In this document: piece by piece, positions 1 through 11,976 of the stretch
How positions within the stretch are numbered: position 1 is the first letter of the stretch
How the letters are laid out: the number at the start of each line of letters is the position of its first letter
Source: Kondoa subrosea
Lineage: Eukaryota
Assembly: GCA_039545335.1 (NCBI GenBank)
Contig: BCIN01000006.1
Location: forward strand, 620,001-684,000
Length of the DNA: 64,000 nucleotides
Reading direction: 5' to 3'
Translations under genes and position numbers: made by a program
The notes under the pieces: generated by a model
Seen by the model: only the letters and a program-made list of their open reading frames with translations
Database searches by the model: none
Told to the model about the DNA's origin: nothing

Positions 1-30
1 CCGAATGATTTACTTACATTCCCTCGACAG

Positions 31-609
31 ATCGCTAATGAAGTAATTCAAAACTCGACAGCATTCGAATGGTTCACTCCAAGATCTGAAGAACAGATGA
101 AAGACTGGCTAACAGAAGTACAAGAGCAAGATCTATATTGCTTAGTCGCTGTTGAAAAAGGAAGAGTCATTGGCTACTTTGCTTTAGAACCGTATGCTTT
201 CAAGCCATTTCTGCTATCCTAATGACATTGTGAATAGTTATGATTATGGCGAACGAGATGTCTATCCTTTTGTCGCGCAAATTGTTGTCTTCATCGAACC
301 AGCTCGAAGGCGGAAGAAGATCGGAGAACTACTCTGGCGAGCTGCTCTGGCACACCCTAACATCGCAAAAAGAGGATTGCGGACGGTCATTGGTGATGTA
401 GCAACATGCAACAGTGCCAGCTTGAACGCTGCTTTGAAGGCCGGGTAAGTCTTGATTGTCAATTGTAACGCAAGAAAGCTGAAGCTCGATCAAGTTTCAA
501 GATGATGGTCAATGTGAACAGGCTGGAGTGCAAATTTGGAGAATGGCTCGACAGTTGTTGGGTGGTAAAGCAGCTTCAACGGCCTGATGCATCTCAAAGA
601 CAAAGGTAA
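31..609 (+). CDS. GNAT N-acetyltransferase, phosphinothricin-acetyltransferase/YncA-like (5' end outside window, 3 exons visible)
   Basis: Spliced translation IANEVIQNSTAFEWFTPRSEEQMKDW...VAVEKGRVIGYFALEP|YDYGERDVYPF...VFIEPARRRKKIGELL...NSASLNAALKAG|FKMMVNVNRLECKFGEWLD. Shows motif A (R..G) and the NxxS..LxxxxGF and KFGxWLD motifs typical of the PAT/YncA family. GT-AG introns at ~192-237 and ~446-494. Confidence 0.75.
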
Positions 610-770
610 TTGGGAGACTACTGTCACATCTGCGAAGTATTCTGTCATGAACGATATTACATGGTATTCAGGAGGTATTTTGTACAGCTTTGTGCAATGG
701 CATATTTGTGCCCTATTTACACTTTATTACAGTCAATTACGGTCCACGAAGCTTGCGCAGCTGCTCAGAT

Positions 771-3268
771 TCATGCTGGTTGTTTCTTCTCCCCGTTTGA
801 CGAGCCGTTGCGCTTCTCCTTACTGGCTCTGCGCTCTTCCCTTTCTTTAGCAATCTTACTTGCGAATTTTGACTTCTTTCTGATCTTTTCACCGTTACGA
901 TAGAAGTAATACAAGGGCGGGCCTGCGCAAGCGGTCAAATCAAATCACAGCATTTGGTTAGCTCTTGACGTACATAGGAACAATGCAATGATTGCGAGAA
1001 TTAGAGATGGCCAGACTTGAGTTGCCTCGCCAGAGCCAATGTTGGTGTACACTATATGAATTTGAGACATAGTACTCTCCTGAACACTAAAAACATACTT
1101 GGTACGCTGTACAGAGCTGCCACGCCAGATAGGAAATCGCTGCAGCATCATATGAGCTTCGTGCATCGCAAGAACACGAGCCTTACTGACCGGAGGAAAT
1201 CATTGGGACCAGTAGCGGAAGCAGCATATGGACCATAGGCAGCCACTGAGAGATATCATTAAGAAAGTCTGACATTGAGAAATTCATCTCACCAGTGTAA
1301 TCAATCGAACTTTGGTAAATGGCATAATTTGCTATGCCAACAAGCAAAGTGCCAATCATAGGAGCAATCCAAGGTATTCCATACGAAGGACCTAAGCTTG
1401 TTCCAGCAAAGATAGCAAGGCCCATAAATTCTAACGGGATCAGATATCGGAGCCACCATAGACGGGCTGTCATTGATCTCACACGCTATCATCTAGGAAA
1501 TAAAGGCGACTCACATTCGGGAGTGACCGCATCTTCACCTTCGACCCGACGCTTCTTTCTAAAGTAATGGATAGAAGGTAGAAAGCTGAAATATGCTATC
1601 ACATAACCGATGATCAATGGCAAGAAAGCAAGACTGTAATTGTTGCGATAAGTATGACAAGAAGACGCCGCTAATGAACGTACTCACCTGGTTGCAATTG
1701 TTCCGAAACCCCTAGCAGATTAACATTAGTACATGTATCGCACATTGTCAGTAGCGAATCACCATTTCTTGTATACAGGAGTGAAACCTTGCAGAAAGGT
1801 GAAGATAAGGCTGCGATAAAGTTTTTGAATCAGCGATATTAAAAACGTTGACATGCTTACGAGTCTGAAAAGCCGGATACTGCACTAAGCCAGGCGATAA
1901 TGGGTTCCGTGAACAACATGTAGAAGGGTCGAGTCCAAGTAGTAATCACGTCTCGCATAGTCAATTTGTTTTTGCTCAATTCCTTTGGTCCGTAGACATT
2001 TGGATTTTCGCCAGAATCGCGCATACGTTTGGCAACCTTTGTTAAGATCTATTCTTGTATGTCAGCTGTCAGTTGTCGCGACAGAATGAGAGATTTACAA
2101 TGGTAGATCTCGTTTCTGGAACAGTGAGGGCGTGTAAGATCTGAACGAAGCCTGTATCGTGCCATCAGCTAATACCTCGTGTTTCTTACGGCTAAAGAAA
2201 CGTACCGCCTGCTATCAGTTGCACCCAGAAGATGTAGTTGAGGGTTGCATATTTTTCGACAAATCCTCCAACAACCGCGCCAACGACTGAACCCCCAACT
2301 GACGACAGCACGAGGAAAGCGATAGCATATTCTTGATCTTGTGGCTCCCACATCTAGCTCATACGGTTAGGTAGAATAAAACAGAGCGATTCGTACATAC
2401 ATCGGCAAGAACGCCCAAGCTATAGATCAAGCCAGATGAGCATTGCTAAAGGCACAACGAAGTGCGCAGCTTACGTAACAGATCCACCAGCTGTAGACAA
2501 GCCTCCTAGAAGTCTACATACGACAAAGGTAGCATAATTTGGTGCCAAAGCGCAAGGAATTTGCCAAATATTGACAAGAAGCAGAGATGCTTGTTGAGTT
2601 GGCCAACGACCAATCTCTTCGGACCATGGTGCCCATAGCATGCCTATAGGAAGCCTTAGCTTCTTCGTATGCCCAATAAGATGATTTTTTTCGCACAGCC
2701 GAAAGCGTATGCGCTGACGATCAGTATCAGCCTGTATGTTACCGGATGAGACAGATATGCACACACCAAAGGAAGGTCAGCTGAGGCACACGAGCAGCTT
2801 GTTCGCTGACTCCATATTGCTTGGAGATGGCTCCGACCCCATTAGCGTACAGACTGGCATTCAGATTGACTGCGGAGGAACAAGCCTAAGCCGAATCGCT
2901 CAGAAAAACAAGAGGTCTGCATACTACTGATCTGGACTAATCGCGATTCTTCAGCTTTGGACGAATAGCACACCGGACAGTACTCACTTGCAAACATGAC
3001 CCCAAGTATTTGCCATTTCCGCCAGGTAGGATAGCAGAAGCCTTTCCAAAGAGGTTTCAACAGTTGACTTTCAATGCTTGGGTCCAGCTTACCTAGGTAA
3101 TTGTATCCAGCATCCTCAGTGAGTTCGTGCTTGCCGCTATGAGAAGCTTGTCACTCAGAGCTGCTCGGCTTAATCGCGAGAGAAGACCGACTCTTTCTGC
3201 TCTTCCAAATGCTCGGATTGCAATCCCCCATTGACTCCTCCATTGGCTTTCTCAGTCAGCTTGTTCAT
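771..3268 (-). CDS. MFS multidrug transporter (DHA1-like), multi-exon
   Basis: Exonic peptides WAPWSEEIGRWP, RLLGGLSTAGGSVT, PEARL-like WLRYLIPLEFMGLAIFAGTS and IYQSSIDY; many hydrophobic segments; start MNKLTEKANGG at 3268. Confidence 0.8.
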
Positions 3269-3776
3269 TGCTACCCAGATCGGTTTGGGCTCAAGAAAAG
3301 ATCACTGTTACGCTGTTGGCTGTTGATTTCTAATAGCAGGCCTATGACATAGTTAATTTGCCCATCGGGTTCCCAAAAAAGATTTCCCCAGATCCGCCTT
3401 GGCGGGCGCGGGATCTCAAAATCAGAGACAGAGAGATACAGAGCATACCGTAGGAGCCTCTATCGAGTTATCGAAGATGTCTTGTTCGAGCCTGGAGAGT
3501 CAGCAATCCATTGAAGTTAAGGATTTGGGTATTTGGATTAGATTGCTCATGGAATGGCTATTCATGAGCATAAGCTTTTTCTGTCTAGATTGCATCCATT
3601 GCAGTATGAGTGCTGAGTACAGGCTTTCACGGAGGACGAGCGCGAAACCTGATTCGAGACACATCAATGAGAGGATCGGTGAGAGGCAAGATTCCTGACC
3701 TTGACTGAGTCAAAAAAGTGAGCACAAACGAAATCTGGATGAGATCACAATGCATATGGAAAGACATTCAAATACA

Positions 3777-6700
3777 CTAGTCATGCGGCAACGGAGCTGC
3801 GGGAGGCTGAGGAGACAATTCGAACTGAGTACTGCCCGGAACTTTGAAGTTCTGTCGGCTCGATGAGTTCTTACTCCATAAGCAGCAACACAACGCAAGG
3901 CTCACCAATTGTTTGCCTTCACGATATATATTCTCGAGCGCCTCTTCCCAATTGCCCTCAATCTCGATGCGCTGGTACTCTTCATAGAGTTGCAAAGCAG
4001 TCCTAGCATCTTCTATAGAATCATGCATGCCTTTACTCTGAATGTCTTGCTTAAGGCAAACGTAGGCCAAAAATCTTAAAGAAAGTTTTCGATGTCGTGC
4101 TGGTAAGTGATAGATGTTTACGGTATCAATGATCTGCGAAGGAGGTATAAAGATGTCTTGCGTTTTTTGTCATCAGCAGGAATGCGAGAAAGTATAACGC
4201 AGAACTTACTGATAATGCGGAAATCTTTTATCAATCCATGACCGATGAATATACAACCCAGATCAACCAACAGCCGGAGCTTCTTGTAAGCTACCTTCAA
4301 TGGCACCAACGTATGTGGTGAGGTGCTAGGATCCAGATCACCAGCTACCACAGTATTGAGTATTCCATTCAATGCATCGAATTGTACATGCGCTTACGCA
4401 TGATGCCGGAGAATTCGGTCAAGTAGTCTGCGATATGGTCGTGCGTATGGATATGATCATCCACAAATGGTACTCCGGTCTGTTCGCCTTGGCCACGCAA
4501 AACAGACACTCTAGCCAGAGTCATTCTTGAAGGACGAAGTATTTTGCGGGAACCATCTGAATGTACTTCTGCTTCTTCCTACAGAGCACGACGTCATGAA
4601 AAGCAGCTTGTGGCCCATGGATAGCAACGAACCTGCTGTAATGATACAAATTCTGCATCGATCGAAATCAAAGTGCCAGCCTTCGGTAATTCGGCTTGCT
4701 GAAGCGGAACATGCTGGATTCTGGATTTATCTCTTTTCTTGGCAATGGAATGATCCACTGAAAGAATGCTGTAGTCGGGCTGCTGAGGTAGGGCGCTGAA
4801 GTCTAAAGTTGTATTCGCATCGATACGTTGGTAATAAAGTACAGCCGGAATCTGAATCAGATGATTAGACTGGCATACAAGCAAACACAGATCACATACT
4901 TTCCAGGAGCCAGAGAAGCTCAAAACCTCTTCTTCTGGCACTGGATGTACCAAGAAATCATTGAACAGATACCAAGATGTGGGGTTGTCTTCAGGTAGCT
5001 CGTCCGTTGGTACTGTAAAGAGTCAATGAGTACACCGTGAGATTCTTCCGAAAGCAATAAACCTTTGATCAAAGCTACCAAGTGAGCTGATTCGCCTTCG
5101 TCCTGAATTTGCACTACCATTCCTTGCAATGCATAAATGACCTTTTCGTCCGTCGTGCTTGCAGCAGAATCAGTCTCATCTGTGAAAAGCATCGATTCGC
5201 CCGCTTTCACAATTCCGAAGCGTTGTTTCAGGTAATGCTTTGATTCGCTCGTTGCAGAATCTTGCCACATTTCAAGGTGTTCAGCAGTTTTAACTCCAGC
5301 ATTGATGGCTAAAAGAGGTGGCAAGGAAGAATGATCGGCCGCGGAAAGAGTGCGCCTGAGCCTAAGATGGACTTGAGCTTTGCATGATGTACAGCGAGTC
5401 TTGTTTAGAGTTTCACGAGTAATAGAGGATCGAAGAATAGAAAGGAAGTCGAGTGGTATAGAAGCTTCATTGGAGAGCGGCTGTAATCTCGAATCAGCCT
5501 CATCAACACTTGAAATCGACAGAACAATTACTTTGCGCGGATAATTCAGTTCAAGCACATTCTTGATGGAATCTCGAGCGCTTTCAGCATTACATTCTGG
5601 ACACTTTGTCCTAGTTGTTGTATGCATCCCAAACAGCTGACTGACAGTCGAGGGCAATGCATTGGATTGCGGGCCTTTCTTGAGACTTGGATTCGGTTGA
5701 GGAGTTGCATCAGCCTCCACAGCCATTTGATCAATTAGAAATTGATTGAAAGTCTGGATGAGTGAGGAATAAGAAGTGTGCGAAGCAGTATTAGTATCTT
5801 CTGTATCCATCAGACCGAGTGCAGCAGCGTGAGGAGTAGCAGTGAAAGCTCGAGAGAAGTTGCTTGCTTGACAATTGGCACCTTTGGCATCTCGAAGCAT
5901 CTTGAAGAGAAAGCCAGCTTCGCAAAGCAGACAAGATTCTTTTTGACAAGACTCAAACGTGTGCGCTTCTGCGACTTTGCGCAATGGTCTTGCGAATCGA
6001 AGTACTTGTAGTAAAGGATTGGTGTAAGAGTTGAGAATATGTGTTTCTAGACCGGAAAATGGTGTCTTGTTATAAAATCTACCAGAAGTAAACAACTTAA
6101 GCTGAGAATCACAACTACAGGATGCATAAGCACTGACGCGAAATCAAAGTCTTCCACACCAAATCGACTGTACTGGATTTCGACCTTCCTGTACCATTTC
6201 GTCATCTCTTCTTTCTCTCTACTACCCTCTTCCTGTTCTTCAACAGTCTGCTGATCTTGGGATTTGGATTTCTGACTCCGGAAAGCCGGTACTTCTAACC
6301 TTCGTTTGTCTTTTTTGTTTCCCTTTTCTTTAGATCGAGTAGCTTGATATCTCAATGTTGATCTAGGATTAGCAGCGTAACCAACGAAATCGACTTGCTT
6401 CATCGTTTTGAGTACCAAGGGATCGATAGCTTCGCTCGAGCGGAACAGACGTGTGTAAGGAGTGACCCAATCGGAATAAGGAATGACGGATAAGAGTTGG
6501 GAAGTATAGTGAGGCATACCGATCAGGTTGAGAGGTGTATCTTCATTCCACGTAATAGGTTTCAGCGGTTCAACAGGTGTAGGTAATTCTATCTCTTCGC
6601 TGCGTTTGGAGTAGTGGATGGATCGATCATCTGAATGAGATGCAGACCAAAGATGCATTATATTTTCCGAATCAGTAAACAGAAGACCTTGACCTGTTGG

Positions 6701-7658
6701 AGCAATAGAAGCGGAAGTAATAAATCCATTGGTTTCGATTTGATGGTAAGTGGTTTTAGATGGGTCATTGATATCGGTGACTTGAATTTGGCCGTTCTGA
6801 GTAACAACAATGACCGTATTAGGTAGCAGAGGATGAACTTTGACGAAAGCTGGACCAGAAGGAACGAGAATAGGCATCAAGGGTCTCAAAGTTCTGATAT
6901 CCCACACTTTGACAAGCTGCTCTGGCATTGGATGTCCTTGCCTGTACGACAGGTCAGCTTAAACGCACGAACAGTCTCCCTCGAACTGACATGACTGTAA
7001 AGCCCAAACTCATGAGCAAATTGCCTTCTCCTTCTAGACCGATGAGACCACCAGCATGTGCTTGCATCGTTTGTTGAGAAGTGAGGGATTTCGGATCGCG
7101 CATCGAGATGGATCCGCTGACTGAACCAGAAGCGACATTGTGCGTTGTATAGGTAAGATGAGATACTGCTCCTCCAGATTCAGCTTTGCGCAAGATAGTC
7201 CCAGTGGATGCGTTGACAATGAGGAGATCTGGATGTTTGCCTATACCAGAAAGAGCTGCTTCCGTATAGGATGCGACAACCAGATCTGAAGCTCTTGCTG
7301 TCGTGAAAGACATTGCCGAAAACATTGCAGGAAATCGACTAGCAGGAGCATAATCGTTTGCAGGAGCGTAAACGTTCCATGCTGTGAGACCTCTTCTGTT
7401 TGCACATTTGATGCTGTCTCCTCCAATGGAGAAGATTCCTTTCTCATCCACCAGCAATTCTTTCACAGGTCCAGATACATGACCTTTGTATGCTGTGTAG
7501 CGCTCTTGTAGACCAGAGGGCGCAAAGAGAGATTCGACGTTTCCAGCTTGATTTCCAGTCCAAATCAGTTCTTGCGATGGATCAAACGAAGTCACAGTAG
7601 CTGAAGAGAAGATTGCAGCTTGCGGGTGCCAACCTGCTTGGCCTATGTTGACATCCAT
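3777..7658 (-). CDS. PAN2: PAN2 poly(A)-specific ribonuclease (WD40 + inactive UCH + DEDD exonuclease)
   Basis: ORF pieces: WD40-like N terminus; [78 protein letters not shown]. Confidence 0.95.
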
Positions 7659-7869
7659 TGCTTATAGGTTCGTTGGATTTGGCTATGTGAGCCAGCGCGC
7701 CTATTACAAGCGCGAGACTCCAGGTATCACTGTATGGTATGATAACCTAGCTCTGAATGCTGTATGGATATGCTCTGCCAAGGTATCGCTCCATCGTTTA
7801 TCGCCGAACTTCGACAAGGTTGCTGATTTGTTGCTCTTTCTGTACCAAGACAGATTGTGAATAGCCACA

Positions 7870-9906
7870 ATGCAAAAGCTCACAGCATCTTTATCGGAGT
7901 CAAGTGACAAGCCATGCTACAGCTTCGAAGTCAGCTCGCTGTCCGCATGATTGTCAGATCTGATGTCCGATTTATGCAATTGACAGTATTTCCCGCCTGT
8001 AACAGAGCAGGGCATGTCAAATTTGATGGATCGAATGGTTAGGATGTCTAAGTTGCAGCCAAGTTGGGTTGCAGTGACATGGGGAGCTGGAGGAACCACT
8101 CAAGAGAGAAGTCTGTACTTGGCTGAAGCAGCAGTGAAGGAGACTGGCCTCAATCCTTGCTTACATCTCACGTGCACCAACATGGAAAAGTCGAAATTGG
8201 ATCAAACGCTTGCCGTACGTCGAGATGAGTCATTTCAAAAAGCAGGGCTGAATTCTTACTAGAAAGCCAAACGACTGGGTGTGAAGAACATCTTAGCGCT
8301 TAGAGGAGATCCTCCGAGAGGCGAAGAATACTGGGTTGCTGCTGATGAGCAATTTCAGCATGCTGCAGACTTGGTGCGATATATTAGGCGAGAGCATGGC
8401 GATTATTTCTGCATCGGAGTAGCAGGTAATTTCTCAGAGATGATGATCATCTTACTTTCGCTTATCTTCACCGTCAGGCTATCCGGAAGGTCATTCTGAT
8501 GCCGAAGACAAATCCCAAGAAATACATTATCTCAAAGCTAAAGTCGATGCAGGCGCAGACTTTGTAGTCACTCAACTGTTCTACGATGTGGATGTATACC
8601 TAGCATGGTACGAAGCATGTCAGAAAGCTGGCATTTCAATACCGATTATACCTGGAATCATGCCCATACAATCGTACAATTCTTTCCGTCGCATGGTGAA
8701 GCTTTGCGATTCCTCCATACCAGATCAAATCCTAGAAGATCTGGAACCGATCAGGGTGCGATTGGTCGAAGGTCACATCTCGCTATGCTGACCTGCTATT
8801 TAGAACGACGATAATAAAGTCAAAGAATATGGAGTCAAATTAGCAATAGAGATGGTGTCCAAGTTGCAATCAAAGGGATTAAGTAACTTTCATTTCTGTA
8901 CTCTGAATTTGGAGAAATCGGTCAAGCAGATCATCGAAGGTCTATCTTGGACTACAAAGCCAGCTACTAATGGCAAACCAGACTTCGTATGTCATTCAAG
9001 CTCAAAACCATACTGCACTAATCTCTCCCCTTAGGCTGACCTACTTACCGCCCAACCTCATTCTTCCGTCTCAACTCGAAATATTGGTCAATGGGATGAA
9101 CACCCTAACGGACGTTTCGGAGATTCTCGATCACCAGCTTACGGAGAACTCGATGGTTGGGGTGTATCGCTCAAAACTTCTTCAACTCGAGCTCTACAAA
9201 ATTGGGGTCGACCTACTTCCATACAAGACATTTCAGCTGTTTTCGCTTCCTACCTTGAAAACAAAGTGGATAGTTTACCTTGGAGCGATATGCCTCTCAT
9301 GGAAGAAACCGCTGCTATAGTTCCACAATTGCTGAGATTGACAAAGGAGAAACATTGGTGGACTGTTGGTTCTCAACCTGCTGTAGATGGTGCTTCTTCG
9401 GAAGACACAACTTATGGTTTCGGACCCAAAGGTGGTTATATATACCAAAAAGCTTTTGTAGAGTTTTGGGTTGAGGAAGAGGAAGTAAGGAAGTTGGCAA
9501 AAAAGATTGAAGCACGGAAAGCGAAAAGCGGAGTCAGGGAGTTGACTTTCTATGCTGCTGGAAGAGGCGAAGATCAATTCTTGACCAACATGGAAAAGGG
9601 TGATGCAAATGCTGTCACATGGGGAATCTTTCCTGGTAAAGAGATCATTACAACCACTTTGATCGAAGAGATGAGCTTCAAGTCATGGAAGGTGTGCTTG
9701 CACTCTTGTGTTCTGCTTTGCAAATCTGATTGCGTACTCAGGACGAGGCATCATCGATATGGAATGAATGGGAATTGCTCTATCCTCAGAAATCGGAGAC
9801 CAGGCAACTCCTGCGCGATCTAGCTGAAAAGCGGTGGCTGATTAGTATAGTACATCATGACTTCAAGAAGGCATCAGCTTTGTGGGATTTCTTACTAGAT
9901 GCATGA
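7870..9906 (+). CDS. Methylenetetrahydrofolate reductase (eukaryotic type with C-terminal SAM-binding domain)
   Basis: [100 protein letters not shown] (MET12/MET13 family). Divergent from PAN2 across ~210 bp. Confidence 0.95.
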
Positions 9907-9958
9907 TATATTGTAATGCTATGTAATTGAAAGAACACAAGGCAGCTCGTTAGAGCCT

Positions 9959-10725
9959 TCATTCCGATGCAAGTTCCTCTGTGACATTTCCTCCGCTACC
10001 ATCTACAGTTTCCTCGTCCGACACAGCCTCACGAGCTGATGCGTCCGAAATATCTTCATCCAAATCTCGCTCGACCGGGTCCGAAGGTATGATTGGCGGA
10101 GGAGGTTGATTTCTTCGTGCTACTGGAACATGAATAGTAGGTTGCGGCAACGGATCTGGCGGAATGGTGTCGGGCGGCAGGGTGATGCCAGCTTCTTCTG
10201 CAGCTGCACCAACTCTCGGATGCTGGCTTTGCATAGGCGGCTGAGGGGATCCTTCACTACAAAGATCGAGCAGAGTTAGTCACTGCGTGCGGCTTGGCTC
10301 AAGCTGATTACGCACTCGTGGGCAAGCGTGTCCTGGTCAGATAGTCAGCTTGCACGCGTTCGCTCGGAAGAAGATGAACTCACATCCATCTCATCCTCAT
10401 GTGTTGTCAGACGACCTATAGGTATCAGGAAGCTATGTCCATGAGCTCGAATATCATGTTGCTGTGCAAGCATAAATCAGCTCTGCCTGTCTTGCACGCA
10501 AGAAAACGAAGAAAAGAGTCTTACGCCCTGCTCTAGGTCCATCTCCTCGTCCGACAGAGCGTCGGCCTGCTTGGAAAGCATGCGAGAAGGGTGAGAGATG
10601 GGTCTCGGCTGATGCTGCCTTCTCTGCCTGCTGTACACAGAGCCAGGGACATTGTTATAATGCAAAGGTATAGGCACGCTGAGGTCAGGCAGCTGAGACG
10701 GAGGTGGCAGTAAGCTGGCAAACAT
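9959..10725 (-). CDS. APC15/Mnd2-like anaphase-promoting complex subunit
   Basis: Spliced reading MFASLLP...ADALSDEEMDLEQG|QHDIRAHGHSFLIPIGRLTTHEDEMD followed by an acidic tail. Resembles ANAPC15 (N-terminal FPSLFP, LVPIGK, acidic C terminus); recognition from memory, not from a search. Confidence 0.6.
10158..10601. repeat. Inverted repeat, copy A (internal part of APC15-like gene); partner at 14152-14576
   Basis: Reverse complement matches 14152-14576 closely; both encode MQSQHPRVGAAAEEAGITLPPDTIPP. Confidence 0.9.
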
Positions 10726-10851
10726 GCTGGGTCGCTGCTTAGAGAAGAACGAGCAAAGGAAAGGATATTCTTAGCAGAGCGATACCTAATGATGATGCCT
10801 ATGAGGCGACCTGCATTGAAAGCAAGACAGCAAATCGGCTTAAACCCAATA

Positions 10852-11064
10852 CAAGCAGGAATTCTAGCAGCTACACATTGTGCGGAAGACAACTAGCAGC
10901 TCGAGTCAAAGCTTGGTATCCACATGAGGAACTGAAGGACGCTGCTCTCTTCGACTTCCTCATGCTGGTCTCTCTGTCTATCCTCTCGCTGACTTCCCTG
11001 GAACGGAGTTTGCTCATGTGAATCAACGAGAAAAGCTACTGAACTCTGATCATGACCAGCTTAT
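10852..11064. repeat. Diverged direct repeat, copy 1 (partner 12943-13163)
   Basis: Shared blocks CAAGCAGGAATTCT, AGCTCGAGTCAAAGCTTGGTATCCA, GAACGGAGTTTGCTCAT.TGAATCAACGAGAAA.GCTACTG, TGACCAGCTTAT. Confidence 0.85.
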
Positions 11065-11147
11065 GTACGCGCTATCGCGCCAAAATTCAGGCTACTGCTG
11101 ATCAACTCAGGCTTTGAGATGCAACCGCGCTGTGTTGTAAATCTCGC

Positions 11148-11906
11148 GATGCTGTATTGGGTTACGTAATCAGCCTGCGTGAGCTGAAAACCGCTCATCG
11201 CGACTATTGGCTGATACCAAATCACGTCGTTTGCTTTAGTCGTCTGAAGACATCTATCTCTGCTGAATTGCCGAAACGAAATGTGCCTCGTTCGCCCGAA
11301 CGGCCCTAAGATTGCCCTTGTTGTCTAGGTCTACGACTCAAGCTAGGCTGCCAGTCAATACTCTGCCATCTGAAAGTAGATCGTAGCCATGTGGTACTTC
11401 GTGTCAATCATCAATCTCAAGATTGGGGCTCGTCATGCATTTTTTTGCGACTTCATCCTGGTGCACTTCAACAGAGCGATACAAGGATGCCTCGAGACCA
11501 AACAGAGCCTGTTCTCACTCTTCATTTAACCAGTCGAATGCAATATACGCTCCGCAGATCAAATCTCAGGTTCTCGAAGATGGACAGGCAAACTAGGCAT
11601 CTTCGGCGATCGTTCGGTACCGCAAGACATTGATCATTCAACACACAAAGGAGCGACCATCCTAAGCGAATACATGCATTACATAATACTGTAATTGAGA
11701 TCGACAATGTACAGCAAAGCGCTGATCCTCATCGAAGCACCCTTCCAGCAAGGTCTACGAGTTTAACACCTCCGCTCGTTCGGTTGAATAGTCTAGCGGT
11801 TAGGACGTAAGCGATCATCATGGCCTCGTCCTAGATCTCTTCTCATTCTTCTACGTTTTCAGACCAGATTTTGATACAATACTGTTGACCTTCTGGTAAC
11901 CTGGGT
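11148..11906. repeat. 759-bp direct repeat, copy 1 (identical to 13362-14120, offset 2214)
   Basis: Sequence appears identical on reading, apart from an N at 13406; the ORF track reports identical ORFs 11391/13605 and 11522/13736. Confidence 0.95.
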
Positions 11907-11976
11907 GTGAGTTGGACCGAATCTTGTCAACCAAATTCATCTGACTTCTCAATACAGTCGAAACCCAGTCCAACCT
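11782..11976 (+). tRNA. tRNA-Gln(UUG) copy 1 with three introns: exons 11782-11806, 11863-11874, 11891-11906, 11958-11976
   Basis: Joined exons give GGTTGAA TA GTCT AGCGGTTA GGAC A CCAGA TT TTG A T TCTGG TAAC CTGGG TTCGAAA CCCAG TCCAACC T, a full cloverleaf with one A6:C67 acceptor mismatch. Introns: GTAAGC..TTTTCAG (56 nt), canonical 37/38 (16 nt), GTGAGT..CTGAC..ACAG (51 nt). Confidence 0.8.

Noticed and set aside
11391..11707. ORFs 11391-11633 (+) and 11522-11707 (-), repeated at 13605 and 13736
   Set aside because: They are identical only because they lie in the 759-bp repeat; no recognisable domain or splice structure, so probably spurious.
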